Source: Vulcanimicrobiota bacterium
Lineage (GTDB): Bacteria > Vulcanimicrobiota > Vulcanimicrobiia > Vulcanimicrobiales > Vulcanimicrobiaceae
Assembly (NCBI GenBank): GCA_963733295.1
Contig: CAVTCS010000003.1
Location: forward strand, 32,001 to 96,000
DNA: 64,000 nt
Direction: 5' to 3'
The position numbers and the translations under genes are program-made. The notes beneath the pieces were generated by a model that was given only the letters and a program-made list of their open reading frames with translations, had not been told where the DNA came from and made no database searches. Within the stretch, counting starts at the first letter, position 1. Each line of letters begins with the position of its first letter. Below are positions 18,963 through 30,713 of this stretch, piece by piece.

Positions 18963-19139
18963 ATGGCCCATCCGGACGTAGAACGGCACCTCGCCGAGCA
19001 CAGAAAGGCGATCGACGATCTCCATCACAAACTGGCCTCGGTATCCGGCGCAAATAAGGAAAAACTCAAAGGCGCCGTCGAGAAGCTCAAGATCTCGTAC
19101 ACGCAGTTCACCGAAGACGCCAAAGAGTGCATGCAGTAA
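18963..19139 (+). CDS. 58-aa small helical protein
   Basis: Below the ORF-track cutoff; RBS GGAGGT; MAHPDVERHLAEHRKAIDDLHHKLASVSGANKEKLKGAVEKLKISYTQFTEDAKECMQ; fills the gap between two real genes. Confidence 0.75.
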   Translation: MAHPDVERHLAEHRKAIDDLHHKLASVSGANKEKLKGAVEKLKISYTQFTEDAKECMQ

Positions 19140-20020
19140 GGCTCTTTCGTATACTCGCCTATTTCGCGCTTGCGCTCATCGTCTTGGTGCTGCTTGCGGT
19201 CGGTGGATTGTGGCTCGCAAGCAATCGTGCGTTAGCGGCGCGCGTTGACGTCCCGGCCGAAACGTTCGTCGCAAGCGGCGGCGACGCCGTACGAGGGCGG
19301 CACTTCGTTACGAGCGTAGCTCACTGCGTCTCATGCCACGGTGCCGGGCTCGGCGGCATCTCGATGATCGACGATCCCAACGTTGCCGTGATCTCTGCGC
19401 CGAATCTGACGTCCGGTGCAGGAGGTATCGGTGCGAAATTCAGCGACACCGATTTCGAGCACGCCATCCGCCACGGCGTCGGACCCGACGGAACGCGGCT
19501 CCTTATCATGCCGGCGGACAAGTACAGCGGGTTCAGCGACGCCGACCTGCGCGACGTGATCGTATATCTTCGTAGCGTTCCAGCAGTCGACAACGCGACG
19601 AAGCCCCGTACAATCGGACCTCTGGGGCGCCTCGGGCTCGTGATCGGTCAGTTTTCGTTTCCAGCGGACGACATCGACCAAAGCGCGCCACATGTGGCAT
19701 CGATACCGCCCGCAGCGGATGCGACCTACGGTCGTTATCTCGTACGCCTAGGGGATTGCGCGTCTTGCCACCACGCCAATTTCGCGGGCGGGGACTTCTT
19801 CGATTTGAAGGTCCCGAACATCACCCCGGCTGCGATTGGTTCCTGGTCGCTCGCGCAGTTCGAGCAAACGCTACGGACCGGGCGCGATCCGAGCGGCCAC
19901 ACGCTGAAGCGCAGTATGCCCTGGCCCGAGCTCGGTCAGATGAGCGATCGAGAGCTCACGGCAATCTACGCATTCTTGAAGACAGTGCCTCCGGTCACGA
20001 AAGCGTCACCTAAGCCATAG
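19127..20020 (+). CDS. Membrane-anchored diheme c-type cytochrome
   Basis: N-terminal TM helix; CVSCH and CASCH; APNLT/VPNITP; distal MP ligands. Confidence 0.92.
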   Translation: MHAVRLFRILAYFALALIVLVLLAVGGLWLASNRALAARVDVPAETFVASGGDAVRGRHFVTSVAHCVSCHGAGLGGISMIDDPNVAVISAPNLTSGAGGIGAKFSDTDFEHAIRHGVGPDGTRLLIMPADKYSGFSDADLRDVIVYLRSVPAVDNATKPRTIGPLGRLGLVIGQFSFPADDIDQSAPHVASIPPAADATYGRYLVRLGDCASCHHANFAGGDFFDLKVPNITPAAIGSWSLAQFEQTLRTGRDPSGHTLKRSMPWPELGQMSDRELTAIYAFLKTVPPVTKASPKP

Positions 20021-20044
20021 CGCGAAAAGCGTCACGCGCTAGCG

Positions 20045-21115
20045 TCAAAGCTTCACGCAGTGAACCTGATTCGAGGCTTTTGAGTCTGAGAGCGATCGAA
20101 CCGCATAGCAAGCACGATCTGCCGCCCCTGCCCCTGTGAAATGGATCTCACCGCGTAGCGTCGTGAACGTGGAGGTACGCAGCGCTCGTAGGAGCGCGGC
20201 ACGCTGTGCGTTTACGTTTGCGCTTGCAGGCAACGCGCTGCTTGCCGTGAGCGCGATCGTCATTGCGTCATCGTACGAGAACGTGTCATCGAGCGCGGGA
20301 CTGCCGAAAGCGGCGACGATGTCGTGCTGGTAGTGCCGGGCGGTTTCGGGAGCGATTCCGGGCACGGGCGTGATCGCGAACGCCGCGGCGGTTATCACGG
20401 GAAACTCGAATCCACGCCGCTCCATCATGGCAAGGATGCCGTCGCGCTCGAGAGCGTCGCTGGCCGCCGGATCGGCGAGGATGCTGCCGACTTCGGCGGG
20501 TCCGGCAAAAATCGTTGCGTTCGACAGCCCTGAAGTGCCGAGGACGGCACGAAAGGCCGCCGCACGCGCATCGTCGAGCGAGCGCACCGACGGAGTTCCC
20601 AACTGGTCTCTGCCGGCTATGGCGGCAGCTTCCATTGCTTCCGCTTCGTCGCTGTGATCCACGCGGAAGAACGTCGTCGCGTCGTTCACGGGAGTCGTCG
20701 TTGCCGAAAGCAGAGCGAGCGACTCGCGCTGTGCGACCGGCGCTTCGGCCAACGCAATGTCGGCTCGCAGACCACCGACGATCGCCACGATGCCCGGCTC
20801 GGCGGCGAATGCGCTTACGAGAGCGGCGCCGTTGGCCGCTTGAGCGAGATCGTCCGAGCCTTCATCGGCATGAGGGTTTTCGACATGCGTCGCCGAGTCG
20901 CAAAGGAGCGCTGCTACTTTTCGTTTCGTAGCGGCGTTCCATCGTGCAAGAGCGAAACGCACGCCGTCGCGCCCTGCCAGACCGCGAAACCCATCGTCGC
21001 CGGCAAGCGGCAGTTCGACGCCGATCGCAACCGGAGCGTTCGCCGGTCCGAGCCGTTCGCAACGCAAGCCGGCGAGGGTCAGCGCGATTGCGGGAACGGC
21101 TACTGCAGCGAACAC
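20045..21115 (-). CDS. Branched-chain amino acid-type periplasmic binding protein (divergent, orphan)
   Basis: IGVELPLAG, VAIVGGL, FFRV, G-x-I-x-F-x-x-x-G near the C-terminus. Confidence 0.65.
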   Translation of the reverse strand: MFAAVAVPAIALTLAGLRCERLGPANAPVAIGVELPLAGDDGFRGLAGRDGVRFALARWNAATKRKVAALLCDSATHVENPHADEGSDDLAQAANGAALVSAFAAEPGIVAIVGGLRADIALAEAPVAQRESLALLSATTTPVNDATTFFRVDHSDEAEAMEAAAIAGRDQLGTPSVRSLDDARAAAFRAVLGTSGLSNATIFAGPAEVGSILADPAASDALERDGILAMMERRGFEFPVITAAAFAITPVPGIAPETARHYQHDIVAAFGSPALDDTFSYDDAMTIALTASSALPASANVNAQRAALLRALRTSTFTTLRGEIHFTGAGAADRACYAVRSLSDSKASNQVHCVKL

Positions 21116-21145
21116 GGCGATAATACCAAGATGCTTCGTCGCGCC

Positions 21146-22672
21146 TCAGCGCATGAGGAGCTCGAGCGCGGCGCCGTCCGGAACGCCGAGACCCGTGCAC
21201 GGGTTCCAACCGGCGTGCGCCCTGTAGGCTCCGTTGTTTCCGTGCGTGATGTCGCGGAGGGCCGCCGTCCGTTTCGCGCGTTCGTACAGAAGCGGTGCGA
21301 AAAAGCCGGCCCGCACGCCGAGGCGTTGGTTCAAGCGCGCGACGAGCGCCGCCCACATCGGTGCGATCGAACTCGTTCCGAGCGCGCGATGGCGCGCACC
21401 GTCAAAGACGATCGGATAGCCGGGATCTTGTTGCGCGGCAATATCCGGAACGCCGCGACCCGCATCCTGGCCTGCCTTTTGCGCTTGCGCCGGTATCGTG
21501 CTTTGCCAGTCCGGCACGGCAAAGTGCCGGCTAAATCCGCCGGTGCTGTTCGACCATGCGCTCTCGAGTCCCGACGCCGGATCGATGACCGTCGCACCGC
21601 AGGCGAGAACGAACGGCACGCAAGCCGGCGCTTCGGTATGCAGACGTTTGTCTTGCGGGTCGGGGTGCGCACCCTCGTCACCCGACGAGCAGAGGATCGT
21701 CACGCCGAGCAACGCCGCAGCCCCAGCCAAATCCGCGAGAAGTTCGAGCGCGACCGGCGTCCACACGCGCTCGGACCAGCCGAAGCTGATCGAGAGAACC
21801 TCCGGCACGTGCTCGTCGTCGAGCACCGCTTTGCGAATCGCGTCGAGAAACCCGCGCTCGTTATTCGGCGCGTCGTAGATAACGATCTTCGCTCCCGGCG
21901 CGAGCGCACCGGCGATTTGCGTATCGAGGGCCAACTCGATGTCCTTGCCCGTTTGGTTGTCGCGGTGCGTCGCGGCGTCGTCGACGCGCACGACGACCGG
22001 ATCGCGCGGCTTGGCGCGCTGCCATTCCATGCACGCCCGAAAGTCGTCGATTTGAAAACTGCCGCCGAGCTGGAGTACGCCGATCGTCTGACCTGCGCCG
22101 TCCGCACCCTCGGGGAACGCGTAGCGTGCGGCGACCTCGTGCGCCGAAAGCGCCGGCGTCTTACCGGGCGGCTCGGGTTTCAGACGCAGCGAGTGCGGCC
22201 ACTCGTGGAAACCAAACACGCCGCGCACGTAGTCGGCGATGTCCTTCGGCAATTTGACCGGCCCCGCGCGATGCCGGAAGTGATGCTGATTGCTGTCGAG
22301 ATATAGATCGACTTTCGCATCGAAGATCTCGATGAGCTTCCCGAGTGGGCCGGATATGATGACCGAGCGCCAAGCCGAAGCGACGATCGTCATCCGGTGC
22401 CGCCGGCAAAATGCTTCGACCGCTTGCCGTTCGCTGGGATCGGCGTCGCTCTGCTCGATCAACTGCTTGCGCTCCAGGTACGTGCGCTCGAGTGGCGGCG
22501 TCCGGCCGATCCGCTCGATGAGTGCCGGATCGAGCGCGCCGCCTTTCTTTGGCCGCAGCCAGATCGTTAGCACGATCTCCCGCGCGGGATCGATATCGCC
22601 GGCCTTCTGCGCGCCCGGCCACGGCTCTCGATGCGTATGCGGTACCTCGACTAGGGCATTGCCAGAGTCCAT
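21146..22672 (-). CDS. S53 (kumamolisin/sedolisin) peptidase with pro-domain
   Basis: ELALD (Glu/Asp), SISFG, SSGDEG, STGGFS, GRGVPD, GTS (Ser), DITHGNNG, GWNPCTGLG. Confidence 0.93.
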   Translation of the reverse strand: MDSGNALVEVPHTHREPWPGAQKAGDIDPAREIVLTIWLRPKKGGALDPALIERIGRTPPLERTYLERKQLIEQSDADPSERQAVEAFCRRHRMTIVASAWRSVIISGPLGKLIEIFDAKVDLYLDSNQHHFRHRAGPVKLPKDIADYVRGVFGFHEWPHSLRLKPEPPGKTPALSAHEVAARYAFPEGADGAGQTIGVLQLGGSFQIDDFRACMEWQRAKPRDPVVVRVDDAATHRDNQTGKDIELALDTQIAGALAPGAKIVIYDAPNNERGFLDAIRKAVLDDEHVPEVLSISFGWSERVWTPVALELLADLAGAAALLGVTILCSSGDEGAHPDPQDKRLHTEAPACVPFVLACGATVIDPASGLESAWSNSTGGFSRHFAVPDWQSTIPAQAQKAGQDAGRGVPDIAAQQDPGYPIVFDGARHRALGTSSIAPMWAALVARLNQRLGVRAGFFAPLLYERAKRTAALRDITHGNNGAYRAHAGWNPCTGLGVPDGAALELLMR

Positions 22673-22722
22673 CTTCGTTTGATAGCAGGCGTGCGTGCGC
22701 GCCCCTGCCGCGGCGCCGCCCT

Positions 22723-23631
22723 TTAGCTCGTGGCGAAGATTCGGCTGTTGCGGATGTCCGGTTCCTCGATCGTCTTCAGTTGCTTCGCCGAGACCTTTCC
22801 GCCGTGCTCGAAGAGACGCGTCGCGTGGCGCAGCCGCGCGCGATCGATGGCGTTCCGTACGCTGCGAGCGTTCGCGAACTGGGGTTGCTTCATGCGCAAT
22901 GCGAGGTACTCGTCGAACGCCTGCGCCGCGGCCGGCGTGAACTCATAGTTGAGCTTGGCGAGCATCAACTGCGCGATCGCGCGCAACTCGACGGCGTCGT
23001 AGTTGGGAAAGTCGATGTGGTTTGCGACGCGCGAGCTCAGACCGGGGTTGCTTGCGAAGAACGTGTCCATCCGATCCTTGTAGCCGGCGAAGATCACGAC
23101 TAAGTCGTCGCGCTGGTTCTCCATTGCCTGCAGGAGGATCTCGATCGCTTCGCCACCGTAGTCGCGTTCGTTCTCCGGCTTGTACAGATAGTACGCTTCG
23201 TCGATGAAGAGTACGCCGCCCATCGCCTTCTTGAGGACTTCCTTCGTCTTGGGCGCGGTGTGGCCGATGTATTGGCCGACGAGATCGTCGCGCGTCGCAA
23301 TCACGAGATGTCCCCGGCGCACGTAGCCGAGCCGGTGCAAGATCTCGGCCATACGCATGGCGACCGTCGTCTTGCCGGTGCCGGGCGGTCCGGTGAACGA
23401 CATGTGAAGCGGCGGCGGCGCGGCTGCCAAGCCGACGCCGGTCCGCAGTTTGTCGATCAACAGAAGGTGCGCGATCTGGCGAATGCGGGTCTTTACGGGA
23501 ACCAGGCCAACGAGCTCGCGCTCGATCTTGCCGAGTACCTCCTCGACCTGCGAATCGCGCAGGGCGGCGTCGAGGTCGAGCGTGCGATCGGTCTCGGTCG
23601 CAGGCTCGACCGTTGGAGCCCCCTCACTCAC
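22723..23631 (-). CDS. cbbX: Red-type RuBisCO activase CbbX
   Basis: [46 protein letters not shown]; 4-nt overlap with cbbS. Confidence 0.97.
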   Translation of the reverse strand: MSEGAPTVEPATETDRTLDLDAALRDSQVEEVLGKIERELVGLVPVKTRIRQIAHLLLIDKLRTGVGLAAAPPPLHMSFTGPPGTGKTTVAMRMAEILHRLGYVRRGHLVIATRDDLVGQYIGHTAPKTKEVLKKAMGGVLFIDEAYYLYKPENERDYGGEAIEILLQAMENQRDDLVVIFAGYKDRMDTFFASNPGLSSRVANHIDFPNYDAVELRAIAQLMLAKLNYEFTPAAAQAFDEYLALRMKQPQFANARSVRNAIDRARLRHATRLFEHGGKVSAKQLKTIEEPDIRNSRIFATS

Positions 23632-24068
23632 GGCTTGCCGTTCGTTGCCTCCGAATAGCGCTCGCCGTGCGGACGGTCAGCCGCGTACGCGTGCAGCGTG
23701 TAACCGATCTGACGGTCGGCTCGCACCTGCCGTTCGACGCGGAAGCCTGGCTCGTGCCGCGGCCGGTTGACGATGAAGCTCAGCGCCGTCGTTTGGCGCC
23801 CCAACCTCGCGTCGTACGCGTTGATCTTGATGTACTCGCCGGCGTGCGCCTCGCGCGCCTTGGCCAGCTCCTGCATGATCGCCACTGCATCGTGGAGATC
23901 GAACATCGGTTGGCCAAACATCTCCCAATACGCGTTGCGGGGATGCGGATCGTCGGTGTACTCGATCGAAATCGGCCACTTGTTGTCCAGCGCGTACTGC
24001 ACTTGTTTGGTGATCTGCTCGTCGGTCAGATCCGGCAGATACGAGAACGTTCCTTGGGTCACTCGCAT
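23628..24068 (-). CDS. cbbS: RuBisCO small subunit (red-like)
   Basis: [40 protein letters not shown]-x-x-EPGF C-terminal hairpin extension. Confidence 0.98.
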   Translation of the reverse strand: MRVTQGTFSYLPDLTDEQITKQVQYALDNKWPISIEYTDDPHPRNAYWEMFGQPMFDLHDAVAIMQELAKAREAHAGEYIKINAYDARLGRQTTALSFIVNRPRHEPGFRVERQVRADRQIGYTLHAYAADRPHGERYSEATNGKP

Positions 24069-24080
24069 GATGGTGCTTCC

Positions 24081-25684
<1,604 letters not shown>

Positions 25685-25686
<2 letters not shown>

Positions 25687-26569
25687 GTTTTCGCTGCATC
25701 AACTGCGGACGTTCCTCGAGGTGGCAGAGGCCGGCTCGGTCCAAGAGGCGGCCGCGAGGCTCGTCGTTTCACAGCCGGCGGTCTCTTCGGCCCTCGCGGG
25801 TCTGCAACGCGAACTCGGCGTTGCGCTGGTGGCGCGGCTGGGCCGGGGCATCGAAATCACCGCGGCGGGGCGGGAGGTCGAGCGCGAGGGACGGCGCGTG
25901 CTCGCTCTGCTTGAGGAGATCGAACGTCGCGCGCGTTCGGCTTTCCCGGCCCGCGCACGCCTGCGCCTCGCGACGGTAACGACCGTAGCCGAACAGCTGC
26001 TGGCGACGTTGCTCGCGGGCTTTCGCTCCGATGCTCCGCAGATCGAAGTGGAACTCGAAGTCGCGAATCGCGAACGCGTGTGGGACCGGCTCGCGCACTG
26101 GGAGGTCGAGCTCGCTCTGGCCGGCCGGCCACCGCAGGATCGCGACTTCCGCACGCTCGCTACGAGTCCAAACGAACTCGTCGTGGTCGCATCGCCCGAG
26201 GCCGCGCACGCCTTGCGCTCGCTCGGAGAAGCGACATGGCTCGTGCGTGAACCAGGCTCAGGGACACGCGTTGCGACCGAGGAGTTATTTGCCACGCTCG
26301 ACATCGCGCCGCCGCGGCTGACGATCGGTTCGAACAACGCGATTCGCGAATGCCTGCGCGTCGGACTCGGCCTATCGCTGCTCTCGCGCGACGCGGTAGC
26401 GCGCGAATTGGACGCCGGCGCGCTCGTCGTCGTGCAAACGAATGCGACGCCGATCGCGCGCCCTTGGCACCTCGTCGCGAACCGCGAACGCGAACTTACG
26501 GCAGCGGCAACAAGCTTCGTCGATTACACGATCGCCGCCTCATCTTTCGTCCCCGCGCGAACTGACTAG
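25685..26569 (+). CDS. cbbR: LysR family regulator CbbR
   Basis: LysR HTH (SLHQLRTF...SQPAVS), REPGSGTR; divergent from cbbL. Confidence 0.88.
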
Positions 26570-26573
26570 TGCG

Positions 26574-27464
26574 CTAGGATCCGGCGGCTTGCCGCTTGCG
26601 AGGTTGTCGGCGCGGAAAGGGCGAGGGCGCGATGAGGAGTCCTAAGCTCCAGCCGAGATAGAAGCGCGCGTCGACCCAAAACCCGGAGGCACCGTACAAG
26701 CGCAGGCGCTCCGCGCCGAACAGCGGGAGGCTCGCGTCGAACAGCGCGGCGCACAAGAGCCAGGCGCTGCCGACGAGCGCGACGGTGCGCGCGCACGCTG
26801 CGAGATCGGCACTTCGGGGCGTCCGCAACAACCGGCGGTACCCGAGGCCGAGAATGATCAAACACGGGATCACCGTTGCGACAAGAGACTGCGTCGACCA
26901 CGAGAAGAGCCAGCCGGCGAAGAACGGAGATGCGACTGCGACCGGCGCCAAAGTTCGAGCGAGCCAGGGGGTTCGCAGCGCCATCCATGCGAGCGTGATG
27001 GCGAACGGCACGATAGCCCACGCCTCGGTGAGACCGATGCCGGCGGCGACTCCCGCGTACGTACGCCCGCTCGTTCCGTAGCGGCTCGAGACAAAGGCGC
27101 TCATCGCTTCGTGAATGCAAACCGCGGCCAGCGCGAACGCGAGGCTGAGGCTTGCGGTAAAGAAGACGTTCCGCCCTCTCGCGCGCCGAACGCTCTTTCG
27201 TCCTCCGCCCAGAAGTTGCGCCCTTGCCCGTTCCATGAGGGGTTCAACGAAAAAAGCGAGGATCAACCCGACGAGCAGCGCCCCAACGAGGTCCGTCACC
27301 TGCGAATGCCCGAACGCGATGACGACCCCTTGCCAAATAAACTCGGGAGCCGCGGCGCAGATCGCGATCCACAATGACGAGATCAGAGCGGCGCCCGCTG
27401 CCACGGGTGCTGCAGCAAGCCAGGCTCGAGGCGTCAGCGCAGTGTTCCGGTCAGTAAGGTCCAC
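26574..27464 (-). CDS. Hypothetical multi-pass membrane protein
   Basis: Multiple hydrophobic segments; purine-rich RBS upstream of GTG. Confidence 0.7.
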   Translation of the reverse strand: MDLTDRNTALTPRAWLAAAPVAAGAALISSLWIAICAAAPEFIWQGVVIAFGHSQVTDLVGALLVGLILAFFVEPLMERARAQLLGGGRKSVRRARGRNVFFTASLSLAFALAAVCIHEAMSAFVSSRYGTSGRTYAGVAAGIGLTEAWAIVPFAITLAWMALRTPWLARTLAPVAVASPFFAGWLFSWSTQSLVATVIPCLIILGLGYRRLLRTPRSADLAACARTVALVGSAWLLCAALFDASLPLFGAERLRLYGASGFWVDARFYLGWSLGLLIAPSPFPRRQPRKRQAAGS

Positions 27465-27506
27465 GCATCGGCCTACCTTCCTTTCCTTCCCCCGGATGGC
27501 TTGCGC

Positions 27507-27533
27507 TGTCGATTCTGGGTTCCCAGGCTCGAC
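27507..27533 (+). promoter_or_regulatory. ECF42-type promoter 1
   Basis: TGTCGA-N17-CGAC upstream of the first DGPF gene. Confidence 0.75.
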
Positions 27534-27573
27534 GTACCGTTAGAGGCGTGCCCAAAATCAAAACTCGAAAGGT

Positions 27574-28008
27574 ATGGATATGCGATTCATGATGCTGATC
27601 ATCCCGGGGAAATATAAAGATGCCAAGCCGGACGCGATGCCCGACGCCGCGGCGGTCGCCGAGATGATGAAGTACAACGAGACGCTTCAGAAGGCAGGTG
27701 TGCTCCTCGCGCTCGACGGCCTGCACCCGCCGTCGATGGGCGCTCGCGTGACGTTCTCGGGCGGGAAACCGGCGGTCAGCGACGGCCCGTTTGCGGAGGC
27801 CAAGGAAGTGATCGGCGGTTACTGGATGATCCAGGTGAAGTCGCGCGAGGAAGCGCTCGAGTGGGCGTCGCGCTGCCCGGCCGGCGAGAAGGACGCGATC
27901 GAAGTCCGTCAGGTCCAAGAGTTCTCGGAATTCCCTCCCGACGTGCAGGAAGCCGCAGCAAAGTTTTCCGATCTGCAAACGCGCGCGGGACAGGCCCCGG
28001 GCGCGTGA
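27574..28008 (+). CDS. YciI/DGPF family protein
   Basis: DGPFAEAKEVIGGYW, EALEWA, IEVRQ. Confidence 0.93.
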   Translation: MDMRFMMLIIPGKYKDAKPDAMPDAAAVAEMMKYNETLQKAGVLLALDGLHPPSMGARVTFSGGKPAVSDGPFAEAKEVIGGYWMIQVKSREEALEWASRCPAGEKDAIEVRQVQEFSEFPPDVQEAAAKFSDLQTRAGQAPGA

Positions 28009-29285
28009 CCGAAACCGAAGCGCGCCGCGCGATCGACGCGGTGTGGCGCATCGAGTCGCCGCGGTTGATCGCCGCTCTTACGCGCATGGTGCGCGACGTC
28101 GGCGTCGCCGAAGATCTCGCACAGGACGCGCTCGTCGCGGCGCTCGAGCAATGGCCGGAGTCCGGCGTCCCTGCGAATCCCGGCGCGTGGCTCATGGCCG
28201 TTGCCAAGCGCCGCGCCATCGACCGTTTTCGCCGCGATGAGGTCGGCGAGCGCAAGCACGCGGAACTAGGTCTCGCGTTGCAGTCGAGATACGAGAGCGA
28301 CGCGGCGCAGTTCGACGCGGCACTCGACGACGATATCGGCGACGATCTATTGCGCCTCGTCTTCATCGCCTGCCATCCGCTCCTCGCCCAAGCTGCGCGC
28401 GTCGCGCTCACGCTTCGTCTCCTCGGCGGCCTAACGACGAGCGAGATCGCGCGAGCATTTTTCGCGCCGGAAGCGACGGTTGCGCAGCGGATCGTTCGCG
28501 CCAAACGTACTCTGACTGCCGCGCGGGTTCCGTTTGAAGTGCCGCGCGGCGCGGATCGCGCCGAGCGGCTCGCCTCGGTGCTCGAAGTTCTTTACCTGAT
28601 TTTCAACGAGGGTTATTGCGCTACGGCCGGCGAGGACTGGGTGCGCCCGGCCCTCTGCGAGGACGCTTTGCGCATGAGCCGCGTCGTTGCCGAGCTGATG
28701 CCGAACGAGCCCGAGGTGCACGGCCTCGTCGCACTGCTCGAAATACAAGCCTCCCGAATCGGCGCGCGAACGGCGCCGAACGGCGATCCGATCCTTTTGA
28801 TGGATCAGGATCGAACGCGCTGGAACCACGTGCTGATCGGGCGCGGGCTCAGCGCGCTCGAACGCGCGGAACGGCTCGGCGGCAGTCTTGGACCTTATGC
28901 CTTGCAGGCGGCGATCGCCGCTTGTCACGGCCGCGCCCGCACGCCCGAGGAAACCGATTGGCTGCGGATCGTGGCGCTTTACGACGCACTGTTGGAAGTG
29001 CTCCCGTCGCCGGTCGTCGCGCTCAATCGTGCTGTCGCCGTCGGGATCGGGTACGGTCCGGCAGCCGGGCTCGAAGCCGTCGACGAACTCCGCTCCGCCG
29101 GTGCGCTCGAGGGTTACTATTTGTTGTCGAGCGTCAGAGGCGAGCTGCTCTTGCGGCTCGGGCGCGCGGTCGAAGGCCGAGTCGAATTCGAGCGAGCCGC
29201 GCAACTCACCAACAATTCCAAAGAGCGTGCGCTTCTCTTGGCTCGCGCTGTCGATTCAGGCGACGCCCGTTCGACGTCTGGATAG
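28005..29285 (+). CDS. ECF sigma factor with C-terminal TPR-like extension (ECF42 type)
   Basis: AEDLAQDA, WPESGVP-x-NPGAWL, DDLLRL-x-F-x-x-CHP, YLIFNEGY, GPYALQAAIAA; GTGA overlap with the DGPF gene. Confidence 0.93.
   Translation: MTETEARRAIDAVWRIESPRLIAALTRMVRDVGVAEDLAQDALVAALEQWPESGVPANPGAWLMAVAKRRAIDRFRRDEVGERKHAELGLALQSRYESDAAQFDAALDDDIGDDLLRLVFIACHPLLAQAARVALTLRLLGGLTTSEIARAFFAPEATVAQRIVRAKRTLTAARVPFEVPRGADRAERLASVLEVLYLIFNEGYCATAGEDWVRPALCEDALRMSRVVAELMPNEPEVHGLVALLEIQASRIGARTAPNGDPILLMDQDRTRWNHVLIGRGLSALERAERLGGSLGPYALQAAIAACHGRARTPEETDWLRIVALYDALLEVLPSPVVALNRAVAVGIGYGPAAGLEAVDELRSAGALEGYYLLSSVRGELLLRLGRAVEGRVEFERAAQLTNNSKERALLLARAVDSGDARSTSG
29249..29275 (+). promoter_or_regulatory. 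ECF42-type promoter 2 (inside the sigma gene 3' end)
   Basis: TGTCGA-N17-CGAC upstream of the second DGPF gene; same flanks as promoter 1. Confidence 0.75.
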
Positions 29286-29324
29286 AAACCTCACACTCAC
29301 GCGTTAGACAGGAGCGGTCTCAAG

Positions 29325-29663
29325 ATGAAAATTCTCTCGATCTTCACGGTGGATCCGGCGTCGCTCAAGCCGCCGACTTCGGAGGCCATGGAACAGATGG
29401 GCGAGTTCGTCGAGGAGCTGAAGCGCAAAGGCGCGCTCATCGATACCGGCGGCGCGCTGGACGGCATGCTCGAAGTTAAGGTCGCACGCAAGGGCAAGAA
29501 GGACACGATTACGGACGGGCCGTTCGCCGAAGCGAAGGAAGTCGTCGGCGGTTTTGGCCTGCTCGAAGTCTCGGGTCGCGATGAGGCGATCGAGATCACG
29601 CTTCGATTCCTCGACCTCGTCGGTGACGCGACGTGCTACTTGCACGAGGTGAATTACGTCTGA
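29325..29663 (+). CDS. YciI/DGPF family protein (second copy)
   Basis: TDGPFAEAKEVVGGF; RBS AGGAG. Confidence 0.9.
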   Translation: MKILSIFTVDPASLKPPTSEAMEQMGEFVEELKRKGALIDTGGALDGMLEVKVARKGKKDTITDGPFAEAKEVVGGFGLLEVSGRDEAIEITLRFLDLVGDATCYLHEVNYV

Positions 29664-29758
29664 GGTCATGCCGCCTCAGACCGCCGGAGCGGCGGGCGGC
29701 GTTCACCGAACTCGTGGGGAATACCCGCAAAGTGAAGCTTGCAAAAAAGCCGCTGCGG

Positions 29759-30533
29759 ATGCTACCGCTCCTTTGCTTGCTGCTCGCACCCGTTGCGGCT
29801 ACCGGCGCGCAAAGCCAGGCCGGCGTCGCGGTGATTCCGAGCCTGGTCGAGAAGGCGGCGCTCGCGTTCGCGGCCGAACTGCGCGGCGCGGTCGGGATGC
29901 AGCGGCACTTCTCAACGACGATCAAGGCAGGGCCCGTCACGCACAGCGAGACCAGCGAAAGCGGGATCCTCTTCAATAACGGTGTCTTCGTGAAGATCAA
30001 GTACTATCGAATCGCCGACGACGGCAAGGCTTTTTCGGCGGCGCAGATTCGGGCGCGCGAGTCACAAACGAATAAGGATTGGACTGCCGGGAAGATTTTC
30101 TTCAAAGAACCGTACGACAAACGCTACATGGGTAGACTACAGTTTCTCGAAGCCGCAAGCGTGCTCCGGTTGCCCGAGCGGCCTAGGCCTCGCGAGTCCA
30201 CTATCACGAGCGCGTTGCAAGACGTACAGCATGGCAACGGCATCATGTGGATCGACTCCGCGCGCGCTCGTGTCAGCGGAATTGATCTACACGACGAACG
30301 CGCTTCCTCCAGCGATAGCAGACCATCAGGGACGATTACCGAGGTTAGCTCGAATCCCGCGTCCGAGGTATCTGGTATGTAACGCGGATCGAGCGAAGCC
30401 GATCGTTTGCGATATCAGGGTCACGAATTCGTTGTCGGCGGACGCCCGGACGGTCGCAAAATTCAGCGTCAGCACGAAATCGACCGAATGCGGCGAGGTA
30501 TGCGAGCTTGGCGCAAGGCGAGGCGGCACCTGA
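29759..30533 (+). pseudogene. Exported hypothetical protein, frameshifted in its 3' half (possibly sequence error)
   Basis: Clean signal peptide and first ~125 codons; after ~30130 protein-like segments switch between frames. Confidence 0.55.
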
Positions 30534-30713
30534 AAGCCGGCACAGATTTACCCGGATAGAGGTTTGACGAACCGTGCTCGGCGGCAGTATTGGCGGCCCG
30601 GTTCCATACTGGGGAGCCAACTGGATTGTTTCGAAATCGAACCGGCCTAGCAATTCGGCTAGTGCGGGGCGCGGGGAAGTACTCGTCGTGACGCCAAGCA
30701 TATGGTCCCTAGC

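Noticed and set aside
20654..22306. 550-aa plus-strand ORF
   Set aside because: Antisense to the S53 peptidase and binding protein; Arg-rich shadow frame.
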